From: Candidatus Hydrogenedentota bacterium
Lineage (GTDB): Bacteria; Hydrogenedentota; Hydrogenedentia; Hydrogenedentales; JAEUWI01
NCBI GenBank assembly: GCA_034669905.1
Contig: JAXMOL010000005.1
Coordinates: 1-64,000, forward strand
Length of the DNA stretch: 64,000 nucleotides
Direction: 5' to 3'
This document shows, one piece after another, positions 29,800 to 40,058 of this stretch. Position numbers and translations under genes: made by a program. How positions within the stretch are numbered: position 1 is the stretch's first letter; the number at the start of each line of letters is the position of its first letter. Below the pieces are notes generated by a model. The model was not told the DNA's origin, ran no database searches, and worked only from the letters and a program-made list of their open reading frames with translations.

Positions 29800-32519
29800 T
29801 TTTTGTATTTCTTACCGCTGCCACACGGACACTTTTCATTGGGTCCGACTTTGGTCTCAGCGCGGATGGGTTTGGGCTTGGCCTTGGCCCGTGCCTTGGT
29901 TTTTACCGTAGACTCCGAACCCGATACGGGCTCTGCGTCGTCCGGTCCTGCCAAATCGAAGCGGGTGGTGTCGAAGCTCGCGAAACTGCTATCCGCTTCC
30001 TTATCGGCCGCCACATAGCTGTACTGATTCAGCTGGGCGAAGGGATCCTCCTGCTGGGTCAGGGTCCCCCGTTGAATACTCGCAGCACGCTTTTTCCGTA
30101 CTTCCGGGTCGGTGAGACGGAAGAGCGTGGTGATAACACTTTCTTCGATGGCCTTCACCATGTTCTGGAACATTTCGAAGCCTTCCTGCTTGTATTCCAG
30201 CAGGGGGTCCTTTTGACCGAAGGCCCGCAGGCGGACCGATTCGCGGAGATAATCCATCTCATAGAGGTGGTCGATCCACTTGTCATCCACAGCGCGCAAT
30301 AGGGCCATGAGCTCCAGGTCGTGTACCCGTTTACGGGCAATACCGGCAAAGTCGATGGCCGACTCGTCGCCACCGATTTCCTGGCGGAAACTCTCGCGGA
30401 TCTCCTCGGCCATGGCATCTTCCCGACGCTGATAGTCGGCAAGCACCTGATCGTAAAGCTGGGCCACCAGATCACCGCCCTCTTCCACCTCGAGGGTTAC
30501 GGGGAAATGAAACAGCACTTCCATGCGCTTTTCAAGCCCTTCGAGATCCCACTCGGCGGCAGGCACGGCCTCCGGGGCATATTCGTCCACGATATCGGCG
30601 ATCGTGTTCTCAAACATCTCCCGGAGCTGCTCGGTCACGTCATTGTCTTCGAGCACGTTCCGGCGCATGGCATAGATATACTTACGCTGTTTATCCATGA
30701 CCTGATCATAATCCAGCACGTGTTTCCGGCTCTCGAAGTGGAATTCTTCGACCTGGCGCTGGGAACGTTCGATGGTGCGGGTCACCATACGCTGGCTGAG
30801 GGGCTCTTCGTCCATTTCCTCGCCGCCCATAAAGTCGACGAGTTTCTTGACGCGATCGCCCCCGAAGAGACGTGCCACGTCATCTTCCAGGCTGACGTAA
30901 AAGCGGGTCGTTCCTGGATCGCCCTGACGGCCGCAACGACCACGAAGCTGGTTATCGATACGACGGGATTCATGGCGCTCGGTACCGATAATGAAGAGGC
31001 CGCCGTTTTCCCGAATACCTTCTGCGAGTTTGATGTCGGTACCACGCCCCGCCATGTTGGTCGCGATAGTAACCGCGCCCGCCTTACCGGCATTGGAGAT
31101 GATGGCCGCTTCCCGTTCATGGTGCTTGGCGTTGAGGACTTGGTAATTCTCCACGCCCTCTTCTTCCAGCATACTCGCCAGTAGCTCCGACTTCTCAATC
31201 GAAACCGTACCCACCAGGGTCGGGCGATTCTGCGCCTGGATTTTCTTAATATCGTTAATAACGTAGCGGAACTTGCCTTTCTCCGTGGCGAAAATCAGGT
31301 CCGTTTCGTCCACACGGGCGGCAGGCAGGTTGGTGGGAATCTGGGTCACGTCGAGACCGTATACCTTATCAAATTCCGCGGCCTCTGTAACGGCCGTACC
31401 GGTCATCCCCGCCAGCTTGTCATAGAGACGGAAATAATTCTGATAGGTGATACTGGCCACCGTCTGAGACTCGAAGCGGAGGGGCACACGCTCTTTCGCT
31501 TCCAGGGCCTGGTGCAGGCCGTCGGAGTAACGGCGGCCTTCCATGGTACGCCCAGTGAACTCATCCACGATGAGCACTTCGTTATCTTTCACCATGTAGT
31601 CTTTGTCGCGCTTGAAGAAGTTGTAGGCCTTGAGCGATTGCTCGATCATGTGGGCCCAGCCAAGCGTTTCGTCGGTGTAGAGATCGTCGATACCCAGCAG
31701 ACGCTCCACCACTTCCATCCCCTCGTCGGTGAGGATAATGTGGCGCTGCTTCTCGTCCATCTCGAAGTGCTCGTCTTTACGGAGCTTCCGCACGGCCTCA
31801 TCCACTTTCAGGTAGAGATCGCTGCTCTTCTCCGGACGTCCGGAAATGATAAGGGGGGTACGGGCTTCGTCAATCAGGATAGAGTCAACCTCGTCGACAA
31901 TGGCGAAGTTCAGCTCCCGCTGCACCCGGTGATCCGGGTGCTTGGCCATGTTGTCGCGCAGATAGTCGAAACCGAATTCGTTGTTGGTACCGTAGGTAAT
32001 ATCGGCCCGATACCCGACCTTACGTTCGAGGTGGTCCATGTCGGACTGAATCAGCCCCACGGTAAGGCCCAGGAACTCATAGATGGGGCGCATCCACTCG
32101 GCGTCACGCTGGGCGAGATAATCGTTCACGGTCACGACGTGCACCCCGCGGCCGGTGAGGGCGTTGAGATACACGGGCAGGATCCCGACGAGGGTCTTAC
32201 CTTCACCCGTAGTCATTTCGGCGATATTGCCCCGGTGCAGGGTCGTGCCACCGATAATCTGCACATCAAAGGGGCGCATGCCTGCGATACGCTTGGCCGC
32301 TTCCCGGGCCACGGCGAAGGCTTCGGGCAGCAGGTCATCCAGTGTCTCCCCATCGGCGAGGCGCTGTTTGAAGAGGCCGGTCTGCTGACGCAGCTCATCA
32401 TCGGTCATCCGGGTCATGCGCGCTTCTTCTGCGCAAACAGCAGATACCACAGGCAGAAAACGCTTTACTTCACGGTCTTTCTCAGTCCCGAAAAGGGCTG
32501 TCAGTACTTTTTGAAACAC
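29775..32519 (-). CDS. secA: Protein translocase subunit SecA
   Basis: MTTGEGKT, VDEVDSILIDEARTPLIISG, ATNMAGRGTDI, QLRGRCGRQGDPG and C-terminal SEC-C CPCGSGKKYKKCC. Confidence 0.98.
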   Translation of the reverse strand: MFQKVLTALFGTEKDREVKRFLPVVSAVCAEEARMTRMTDDELRQQTGLFKQRLADGETLDDLLPEAFAVAREAAKRIAGMRPFDVQIIGGTTLHRGNIAEMTTGEGKTLVGILPVYLNALTGRGVHVVTVNDYLAQRDAEWMRPIYEFLGLTVGLIQSDMDHLERKVGYRADITYGTNNEFGFDYLRDNMAKHPDHRVQRELNFAIVDEVDSILIDEARTPLIISGRPEKSSDLYLKVDEAVRKLRKDEHFEMDEKQRHIILTDEGMEVVERLLGIDDLYTDETLGWAHMIEQSLKAYNFFKRDKDYMVKDNEVLIVDEFTGRTMEGRRYSDGLHQALEAKERVPLRFESQTVASITYQNYFRLYDKLAGMTGTAVTEAAEFDKVYGLDVTQIPTNLPAARVDETDLIFATEKGKFRYVINDIKKIQAQNRPTLVGTVSIEKSELLASMLEEEGVENYQVLNAKHHEREAAIISNAGKAGAVTIATNMAGRGTDIKLAEGIRENGGLFIIGTERHESRRIDNQLRGRCGRQGDPGTTRFYVSLEDDVARLFGGDRVKKLVDFMGGEEMDEEPLSQRMVTRTIERSQRQVEEFHFESRKHVLDYDQVMDKQRKYIYAMRRNVLEDNDVTEQLREMFENTIADIVDEYAPEAVPAAEWDLEGLEKRMEVLFHFPVTLEVEEGGDLVAQLYDQVLADYQRREDAMAEEIRESFRQEIGGDESAIDFAGIARKRVHDLELMALLRAVDDKWIDHLYEMDYLRESVRLRAFGQKDPLLEYKQEGFEMFQNMVKAIEESVITTLFRLTDPEVRKKRAASIQRGTLTQQEDPFAQLNQYSYVAADKEADSSFASFDTTRFDLAGPDDAEPVSGSESTVKTKARAKAKPKPIRAETKVGPNEKCPCGSGKKYKKCCGRNAV

Positions 32520-32770
32520 TACGCTATGTTCTCCACCCGTAATGGGCCTTGTCATGTATTCCAACCACACCGGGATGTGGTGTCGGTTTTGTACTATCTG
32601 ATACTATCGCATGATACCAAAGGGGGAAGAAGTATTTCTATGAACACCCGGGCAAGAGAATCGAGAAGTAGTCTATTATGAAGGACTTCCATCAAATAAG
32701 CGGGGAAAATCATCCCTGGAACTCAGTTGTTGCTTTGCCGTCCCTGGCGGCCACCACGGGAGGGTGCTAG

Positions 32771-34930
32771 GTGTTTTTTCCCCTCTATCTCGCTGCGCTG
32801 GGCATTTCTGCCGGTATCATCGGTATTTTCGGGCGACGCCTCCTGGTCCTGTCTGGCTACGTGCCGGATTTCGACGCGGGCCTTTCGGCAACCCTGATGA
32901 TTGCCTGCGGCTACCTCCTGGTTCAAACGACCTACGGTGCCCTGATTCAACTCATCAAGCCCCACAAAGGCGTGGGACCCCATCTGACCGAAATCCTGTC
33001 CTTGTTGTCGGCGGCCGTCCTCCTCCCCTACCTGTTGAACGTCCCTATCCCCTGGCCGCACCCCAAGCTGGCGGACATGGAGCCCCTGATCTTTCTGGCG
33101 GTATTCGGGGGGCTGCACGTATTTTTCAAGCTGGCCACCTTATTTGCCGCGACCCAGGCCCCGCCGGCGACCCAGGTACGCATTGTCCCCTACGTTTTGG
33201 TGGGGGTTGTGGCGCTGCTGGGCACTCAACAGAGCTTCCAAACGTGGTATACATCTCTCACCGGCGTGCGGAGTGCCTCCCTGCGCAAGCAGGAACCCGC
33301 GCGGGTTGGAGATACCTATGCCTGGGCCCGCCCCATCACCGAGGGGCTTCAATACACCCTGGACTCCGGCACCGGGAAGGGCGAGCACCTGACCCTTCGC
33401 TGGGCCAATCCCGATGAAGAATCGCAGCGAATCGAAACGATCCACGTAACGTGCACCTTTCTGGATGCAGCGGGTGAGACCTTGCCCGGGGTTTGGAAAA
33501 ACGATGTAACCCTTCAGGCGCACAACTGGACCTCCCAACGCATTCCGGAGGATATGATACCCGCAGGCGCTTCCCAAGTCGCCCTTTCCTGGAGCCTGGA
33601 AGAAGAATCCGAGTGGGTGCGTCAGACCGGATTGCGCCCGACCCGTTCATCGGCAACCACCCTCCTCCTTTCCGGTCCCTACGTGCACAGTGCACCGGAA
33701 GCCTTTGAGCGCCCCAATCTGGTCGTCGTATTGGTGGAAGGGCTGGGCGCCGACCACATGGAACTCTTTGGCTACCATCGCCAGACCTCCCCCGCGCTCA
33801 CGACGCTGGCCAAACGCAGTTCCGTCTGGGAAAACACCTTTACCGCGTGCCCGGATGCCTTCAGCACCGCCGTCACCCTGATGACCGGTGTGTCGCCGCT
33901 GGTACACGGCGTGACCGATACCCAGCGGCCGGCCATACCCGAGAACCTCGCGACCTTACCCGAGCGCATGCGGGAAGCGGGCTACGTCACGGTGGCCTTC
34001 ACCGAAGGCGAGGGGGCCGACGGGGAAGATCTGGTCTTTGGCAGTGGCTTCGAGCGGGGATTTGAACTCTTCAACCCGGCCTATCCCGAAACGGCCGGGG
34101 CGGCGAAAGAAAACGGCCCGGCGCCCCTGGTTCCTCAGGGTTCCCGGATAACCCTTCAACGGGCCGCCGATTGGATAGCCAGCCACCGGGAAGAGGAGCG
34201 CTATCTGGTTTTCATTCGTCTCCGGGAACTGCGCAAGCCGTTTGAACTCAAGCGCTATGGTCCGGGTTTTATCAAGCCCTGGGAAAACATCCCTCAGCCC
34301 ATTGATGTCTATGACACCGCCGTGCTCGATGTGGATAAGCAATTGGGCCTCTTCGCCGAGCGCCTGCGCCAGATGGGCAGTTTCGACGACACCTGCCTGG
34401 TATTTACCTCGCCCTATGGTCTCGATTTCTCCGAGCCGGACCGTGGGGTCTGGCGGCGGGGCGGCCCCGGCGTTGCCCGCCTGACGGAGGAATCTATCCG
34501 GGTCCCCCTTATCATTTCGCTGCCCGAGGGAATCGGGCGCACACGCCGTCCCCTCGTTTCCCTGAACGCCGTGGGTCGGACCCTGGGCGATTTTGCGGGC
34601 GTGAGCCTCTCTCATAGTGCCGATGTACGCAGCCTCCTGGATCATAGCGCGGGAGAAGAACCGATTACCGTCATGGGTGACCCCATCGCCTTGTCGCTTC
34701 GCACGGAGGAGTGGCGCTACAATTGGCAGTCGGGTCTCCGTGCCGGTGATTTCGCCGACACCGGGTCTGCCACGACCCTGGGACTGTACAATATCGCTGA
34801 CTACCAGGAAACGTTTCAGAACAAGAACTTTGCCTCCCGCGAGCCCGGCATAGCGACTCGGTACCGCGAGCAGCTTGCCGCCTATTTAGCGGAATTTGTA
34901 CAGGCCGTCGCCGCTAATACGTCACCCTGA
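32771..34930 (+). CDS. Membrane protein with a C-terminal sulfatase-like domain, catalytic motifs degenerate
   Basis: About five TM helices, then PNLVVVLVEGLGADH..GYHRQTSP, LMTGVSPLVHG, YDTAVLDVDKQLG and RVPLII. Confidence 0.8.
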   Translation: MFFPLYLAALGISAGIIGIFGRRLLVLSGYVPDFDAGLSATLMIACGYLLVQTTYGALIQLIKPHKGVGPHLTEILSLLSAAVLLPYLLNVPIPWPHPKLADMEPLIFLAVFGGLHVFFKLATLFAATQAPPATQVRIVPYVLVGVVALLGTQQSFQTWYTSLTGVRSASLRKQEPARVGDTYAWARPITEGLQYTLDSGTGKGEHLTLRWANPDEESQRIETIHVTCTFLDAAGETLPGVWKNDVTLQAHNWTSQRIPEDMIPAGASQVALSWSLEEESEWVRQTGLRPTRSSATTLLLSGPYVHSAPEAFERPNLVVVLVEGLGADHMELFGYHRQTSPALTTLAKRSSVWENTFTACPDAFSTAVTLMTGVSPLVHGVTDTQRPAIPENLATLPERMREAGYVTVAFTEGEGADGEDLVFGSGFERGFELFNPAYPETAGAAKENGPAPLVPQGSRITLQRAADWIASHREEERYLVFIRLRELRKPFELKRYGPGFIKPWENIPQPIDVYDTAVLDVDKQLGLFAERLRQMGSFDDTCLVFTSPYGLDFSEPDRGVWRRGGPGVARLTEESIRVPLIISLPEGIGRTRRPLVSLNAVGRTLGDFAGVSLSHSADVRSLLDHSAGEEPITVMGDPIALSLRTEEWRYNWQSGLRAGDFADTGSATTLGLYNIADYQETFQNKNFASREPGIATRYREQLAAYLAEFVQAVAANTSP

Positions 34931-34961
34931 CTTCATTCGACCGTCAAAAGGATTCGATTAC

Positions 34962-35819
34962 GTGATCACGCTTCGCTTCAAACCAAGTTTCCTGCTCCTC
35001 TCCAGCCTCTTCCTGATGGGGCTCTTGCTCCCTTTTCCCCACACTCGGGCAACGGCAGAATCCTGCACCTTCGTCCAGCTCTGCGACACCCAGTTGGGTA
35101 TGGGAGGCTACGAGGAAGACAAGGCCCGATTCCGCGCAGCGGTCAAGGCAATCAACGCCATGGACGTTAATTGGGTCGTCATTTGTGGCGATCTGGTTGA
35201 TAACGGCGGCGACGAAAAGGCCATTGCCGACTTTCGTGCGATCGTGGAAACCTTCACGGTGCCCTGTTATCTGGCGCCCGGCAACCACGACGTGGGGGGG
35301 GTACCGACAGAAGCCACCCTGGCACGCTATCGCAAGGCCCACGGCCCCGATTACTTTTCCGTGGAGAACTCCGGATTCAAGATTATGATCTTGAACACCC
35401 AGTTCTGGAAGGGCCCCATGGCTGGCGAGACCGAAAAACATGATGCCTGGTATCTCAAGGAATTGGCCCAGGCCAAGCAGTCCGAAACGCCGGTCTTGCT
35501 GGTAAGTCACTACCCGCCCTTTCTCGAAAAAGCCGATGAAGAGGAGATCTACTACAATCTTCCCCTCGAAGCCCGGGCACGGGTTTTGAAGGCGGCCCAG
35601 GAAAATGGGGTCCGCGCGTGGCTCGCCGGCCATGCCCACAAGAATGTGTTGACAGAATACGAGGGCTTCCCCATTGTCGTGTCCGCCACCACAAGCAAGA
35701 ACTTCGACGGCGCGCCCTATGGCTTCCGGGTCTGGAACGTGGACGAAAACGGTGCGCTGAGCCACACCTATGAGGCCCTTGAGCTCCCCGAGGAATTGCA
35801 GAAACCCAGGAAGAAGTAA
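34962..35819 (+). CDS. Exported calcineurin-like metallophosphoesterase
   Basis: Signal peptide, DTQLG, CGDL, GNHD, SHYP and GHAH. Confidence 0.88.
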   Translation: MITLRFKPSFLLLSSLFLMGLLLPFPHTRATAESCTFVQLCDTQLGMGGYEEDKARFRAAVKAINAMDVNWVVICGDLVDNGGDEKAIADFRAIVETFTVPCYLAPGNHDVGGVPTEATLARYRKAHGPDYFSVENSGFKIMILNTQFWKGPMAGETEKHDAWYLKELAQAKQSETPVLLVSHYPPFLEKADEEEIYYNLPLEARARVLKAAQENGVRAWLAGHAHKNVLTEYEGFPIVVSATTSKNFDGAPYGFRVWNVDENGALSHTYEALELPEELQKPRKK

Positions 35820-35855
35820 GCAACCGTACGGCAGGTATTCAGGAAGGAAGACACC

Positions 35856-38621
35856 ATGGGTCTCTTAACGTTCGGCGTTCTCGTGGCAGCAGGTCTGCTG
35901 ACCACACCCGGTGCCGTTCAGTATGTAGACCTGGAAGACGGGTGGACCCTGGAAAACACGGGAGCCTGGCAAAGCCGGGTGGACCACCGAAACCTCCTGG
36001 CCATGCACCACCCCTGGGCTCCCAGTGAAGCCAATCGCTTTTCGATGGCCCAGAAGAGTGTCACCATCCCACCCGACTGGGGTGACACGGTCACCCTCCA
36101 CTTTTACAGCAGTGACGACTACCACGGGGTCCCAATGAAAGACACGCCCGCGGTGGGCTTCGTGGGGCACCGGAGAAAGCAGGTCCTGGTCAACAGCAAC
36201 CCCGTTTGGACCCACGACGTGGCGGACGCAGTCCTTCCTGGCCTGTCGCCCACCTACCAGGTTCGTTTGGAGGTTCCCAAAGACGATCGGACCCTTCGTA
36301 TCGCCCTGCTCGCCTATGATGCCGTTGCGTCCACCGAACAGACACGAGACGACTTTTATACCCCCCGAAATCGCGGCCTGGTTCGGGAGGACGACCCCGA
36401 TGCCCATCGATTTCGGACCACGGTCTACTGGGGAGACCTGACCCTGCTCTCCGGAGACTCGGCGGCAGGTACCCCGCCCCGCCCCGCCGAGCGGCTCGTC
36501 TTGAAACGTCACAATCGCTATTGGCCTCCCACCCCGCCCGAAACGGATACGTGGGGCAAATCACGGACGAAATTCAAGGTGTCGGCCCCAGGTGGTATCC
36601 CAAAAGACGGCTTCCCCCTGGAAATGGGAATTCCCATTCCGCCCGGTGCCGCGCCCTCGCCGGAAGCCCTTCGATTCACGCGGGCCAACGGTGGGGCCCA
36701 GTACGCACAAAAGCAGGTCGCCGCCTCCTGGCCCGACGCCTCGTTGCGGTGGATTCTGGCCCAAATGCCCGTAACTCCGACGACAGGCGACCTGACGCTG
36801 GCCTTTTCGAAAGACACGGCGAAGGCACCCGGCGAAATCAAGGTGGTCGAGAGCGACGGAGGGATTGAGGTCTCCAGTGGAAAAGTGTCGTTAAAACAAG
36901 GGCCCGGGGATCCCTTAAACGCCATCGCCTATCGTGGGAAAGCCGCCTTCACCGGGCTGCAATTGGCAGTGGAGGTTGGGGGAAAAATCATCCCCGGCAC
37001 GAATGACAACGGGCAGGTCATTGACGAAGGTCCCTTTCACACCCGGCTGGTCATGGAAGGGCGATTCGAAGGACTGGACACCTCCTATGGCACCTATGCC
37101 CTCTATTGCTCCCTCTATAGGAATCTTCCCTATATTAAATTCTGGCTCCGCTACTTTAACGATACCACCCGGCCCCAGTCCCTCTCCCAACTGAATTTCA
37201 CCCTGACCCTCCCGGCCCCGCTGGAGGACATCACCCTCCCCCACGGTACCGTGACGCCCCCCGTGGACCTGACCCAACAACAGGTCGAAGTCTATCGGGT
37301 CAACGGGGAGTCCCAGGTACTGGATGCGCCCTTCTATCTACAGTGGGCGCAAGGGGCGCTGGTGGTCAAGGACTTTGCCCAACTGCATCCGAAGGGCATC
37401 CAGGTGGACGAGGAACGCCTGACCCTTTCGCTGGTTGCCGGTGGTCCGTCGCCGGTAACTTTCGCACCGGGCGAAGCCAAGAGTCATGAGATCTGGTTGG
37501 CCCTCGGTCCCACCGATGGCGCACAGCTGGCGGCCACCGTGGCCCAACCGCCGCTGTTGGTGAATGCGGACTACTTCACGCGCACCGGTGTCTTCGGGCC
37601 CGCAGCGCCCCTTCGCGCAGAAAGCCCCTGGACCGCTTTCGCGGCAAAGACCTATGGCGACCAATCGCTTGCCCAACTCGGCATGCGCACGGGGGTCCGC
37701 CACTACCCGGACGAGCCCTATCTCGGCCGCGCGGATTCCTGGTCGAACAATTACAACGGGCGCCTGAGCAGCCTTTGGAGCGCCTGGCTGGCTACGGGAG
37801 ACCGTGCCTGGTTTGACCGGGCCGTGGCCTTCTCCAGCCATCTCATGGATGTGGCCATCGTGCATTCGGACGTCCCGGGTGAAGATTGGCTGGGCGCCCT
37901 CCATGGCCCGGGACCCAATCATGTCGCTGGCCCGTGGAATCCCCTGCTGCGGGGCGAAGGCTTTGCCCACTTTGCCCGGTGGACAGGCAATCCGGAAGCG
38001 GAGTCGGCCTTCCTGGGAATCGCCGACTTCTGTGTGCGCACCCATGCGGGACGCCGCGGCCCCAACGTGCGCCATTGGGCGGGTCCGTTTTCGAGTATCG
38101 TCGCGGCCTATCGGGAGACGGGTGAGATTGGCCTGCTGGAAGCGGGCACGGAACGCCTCACCGGAATGTTTCAGCAGGTAGATCGTCGCCGGGGCACCTG
38201 GATAGACTGGCATGGCGACGGAACCTATCCGGGCAATGTTCCGTGGATGGCCGCCCAACTGGCCCAGCCCCTCTATACGTGGTATCAGGAAACGGGCGAC
38301 GTGGAAGCGGCCCAACTTCTGGTGGGGTTGGCAGAGTCGCTGATCTGTGAAAATACGCCGTGGGATAGGCCGGGTGCCATGCGCACCTACTCTCCCGTAC
38401 CGTGGTATCCTGAGACGACCGCCTATGACCCCTTCATCATTCCCCTGATTGGGGCCGCGTACGAACTGACAGAAGACCCCTTCTTCAAAGAGGCGGCGCT
38501 GGCGCAGTGGAAGCGTTGGCGCGCCCAGCCCGAGTTCCAGCCGGTGTTTAATCTATCGTGGCACCTGCCCTGGCTCAATGCGGTGCTGGCAGCGTTGGAA
38601 GCAGAAACACCCCCAACGTAA
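35856..38621 (+). CDS. Large exported protein, probably a PcRGLX/YetA-like polysaccharide lyase fold
   Basis: Signal peptide, GIPIPPG...WPDASLRW N-domain motif and a helical C-terminal region with repeated (W/Y)xxTGD motifs. Confidence 0.6.
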   Translation: MGLLTFGVLVAAGLLTTPGAVQYVDLEDGWTLENTGAWQSRVDHRNLLAMHHPWAPSEANRFSMAQKSVTIPPDWGDTVTLHFYSSDDYHGVPMKDTPAVGFVGHRRKQVLVNSNPVWTHDVADAVLPGLSPTYQVRLEVPKDDRTLRIALLAYDAVASTEQTRDDFYTPRNRGLVREDDPDAHRFRTTVYWGDLTLLSGDSAAGTPPRPAERLVLKRHNRYWPPTPPETDTWGKSRTKFKVSAPGGIPKDGFPLEMGIPIPPGAAPSPEALRFTRANGGAQYAQKQVAASWPDASLRWILAQMPVTPTTGDLTLAFSKDTAKAPGEIKVVESDGGIEVSSGKVSLKQGPGDPLNAIAYRGKAAFTGLQLAVEVGGKIIPGTNDNGQVIDEGPFHTRLVMEGRFEGLDTSYGTYALYCSLYRNLPYIKFWLRYFNDTTRPQSLSQLNFTLTLPAPLEDITLPHGTVTPPVDLTQQQVEVYRVNGESQVLDAPFYLQWAQGALVVKDFAQLHPKGIQVDEERLTLSLVAGGPSPVTFAPGEAKSHEIWLALGPTDGAQLAATVAQPPLLVNADYFTRTGVFGPAAPLRAESPWTAFAAKTYGDQSLAQLGMRTGVRHYPDEPYLGRADSWSNNYNGRLSSLWSAWLATGDRAWFDRAVAFSSHLMDVAIVHSDVPGEDWLGALHGPGPNHVAGPWNPLLRGEGFAHFARWTGNPEAESAFLGIADFCVRTHAGRRGPNVRHWAGPFSSIVAAYRETGEIGLLEAGTERLTGMFQQVDRRRGTWIDWHGDGTYPGNVPWMAAQLAQPLYTWYQETGDVEAAQLLVGLAESLICENTPWDRPGAMRTYSPVPWYPETTAYDPFIIPLIGAAYELTEDPFFKEAALAQWKRWRAQPEFQPVFNLSWHLPWLNAVLAALEAETPPT

Positions 38622-38820
38622 ACGGTTCATGGGCGCATTGTGGGAAACCCCACTTTAGAAAGACAAATCAGGGCAAGAACGTACCGTGCGCCCCCAAAAT
38701 GGCGCGTATCAACCAGTCTGCTACCCTCGTGCCTCGGGGTCGCGCGACACGTCCGACATCAATCCGCTTGCGCAGTATAGTGGTATTGCTTGGTGGTTGC
38801 AGGCATTTTTCAACGAGTAT

Positions 38821-39030
38821 GGGCCGGACTTTCAGCCCTTATTGTGAATAACCTCGGTTTCCTGAGGCTTCGCCCCAGGCTGCTATGTATCGCACCTTTG
38901 GCGCTTTAGAGGTGGGCTTGGTAGCATCGCGGAAAACGTTTGTGGGGCCAACGGCCCGGTACTATATCTACATGGGGAAACGGCCCAATTTTTCGAGCCC
39001 ACAAAAACGTTACGGGCTGAACGTCCGTGC
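38821..39030. repeat. Degenerate inverted REP-like doublet between convergent genes
   Basis: CGGACTTTCAGCCCT (38825-38839) and CGGGCTGAACGTCCG (39013-39027) are inverted, matching 13 of 15. Inner CCTGAGGCTTCGCCCCAGG hairpin with a degenerate inverted counterpart. Confidence 0.5.
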
Positions 39031-39149
39031 CGACGCCTTCGCGAACATACCGAAAGGAGGGGGCGATACAAATTCCCGATCGGCAATGTCCATCTACCTG
39101 AAGCGCTCCAATCGATCTCGCCTCATTGCTTGCCCATACCCCGAACAAA

Positions 39150-40037
39150 TCAGCGGGTAGTTTTGTCTGTACTCCACAGCCCGGGTAGCGCGGCACTGAC
39201 GAGTAATACGCCAATCAGTATCCAACCGAGATTCCCCGTCAAGGGCGGTGACTGCTGTTGGAACAGGTGCTCCCAGATTCCGCAGGCCTGACCTGCGATG
39301 CCGCCCAGGGCCAGGGCGCAGAGCCCCAGATGCTCGGTGCGGCGCTTTATGGTGCCCAGCACCAGGCTCAAGACCATGCACAGGGCAAGCGCCCGCAACT
39401 GTGTTTCCCATAGCCCCGTAAAGTCCCCCACTTCCCGGTGCCATCCATAGAGGAGCGGGAAAAACCACAGTCCCCAACACAGGCCGACCACCAGGTTGGC
39501 GGGTAGGGCCCCCAGGGGCAAGAGTCGGGGCAGCAAGTAGCCCCGCCATCCGAATTCAGAACCCAGGGCAATCAAGGCGAAGAGCGTTGCGCCCAGTCCA
39601 ATGCTGACCAGCGGATAGGTCACGAAGATAATCCCTGGTGCCAGGGCGCGCACGTTGGGTGCGAGGGGTTCCGCTGAGACCGCCTCAACTTCGTTCAGGA
39701 GCCCTGCCAGGTTCCATTGGGGATAGGTCAGCCCCAGCAGCGTTGCCAACCCATAACTGAGTGCAAATACCCCCAGGGGCATCAGCAAGACCCGCAGTGC
39801 GGCCCCTTTCGAGATGGGCCAGAACTGCGCCAGAGGTGATGGGGCTGCAGACGGCACCATGAAGCCCGCCGCCAGGGCGGACAGGGCCGGTATCCCCATG
39901 AGTAACACCTGTGCCAGATATTGAAAGGCATTGGGCGATTGGAAGGCGAGGGCGCCTTCGGCGAGCAAGACAAAGGTCAACCCGAAAACGAGCAAAAAAC
40001 TCATGCCCAGATAGAGGGCGATACCTTTAAAATCCAT
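39150..40037 (-). CDS. CPBP (Abi/CAAX-protease) family membrane protein, catalytic motifs degenerate
   Basis: GSEFGWRGYLLPRL (normally EExxxR), WGLWF (normally WxxWH) and no HxxxN motif. Confidence 0.8.
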   Translation of the reverse strand: MDFKGIALYLGMSFLLVFGLTFVLLAEGALAFQSPNAFQYLAQVLLMGIPALSALAAGFMVPSAAPSPLAQFWPISKGAALRVLLMPLGVFALSYGLATLLGLTYPQWNLAGLLNEVEAVSAEPLAPNVRALAPGIIFVTYPLVSIGLGATLFALIALGSEFGWRGYLLPRLLPLGALPANLVVGLCWGLWFFPLLYGWHREVGDFTGLWETQLRALALCMVLSLVLGTIKRRTEHLGLCALALGGIAGQACGIWEHLFQQQSPPLTGNLGWILIGVLLVSAALPGLWSTDKTTR

Positions 40038-40058
40038 AGAGAACGTTTTAACTCCCCT

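Noticed and set aside
39150..40037. CPBP protein as the sortase for the PGC-TM tails
   Set aside because: Its catalytic Glu and His residues appear lost, and a terminator separates it from those genes.
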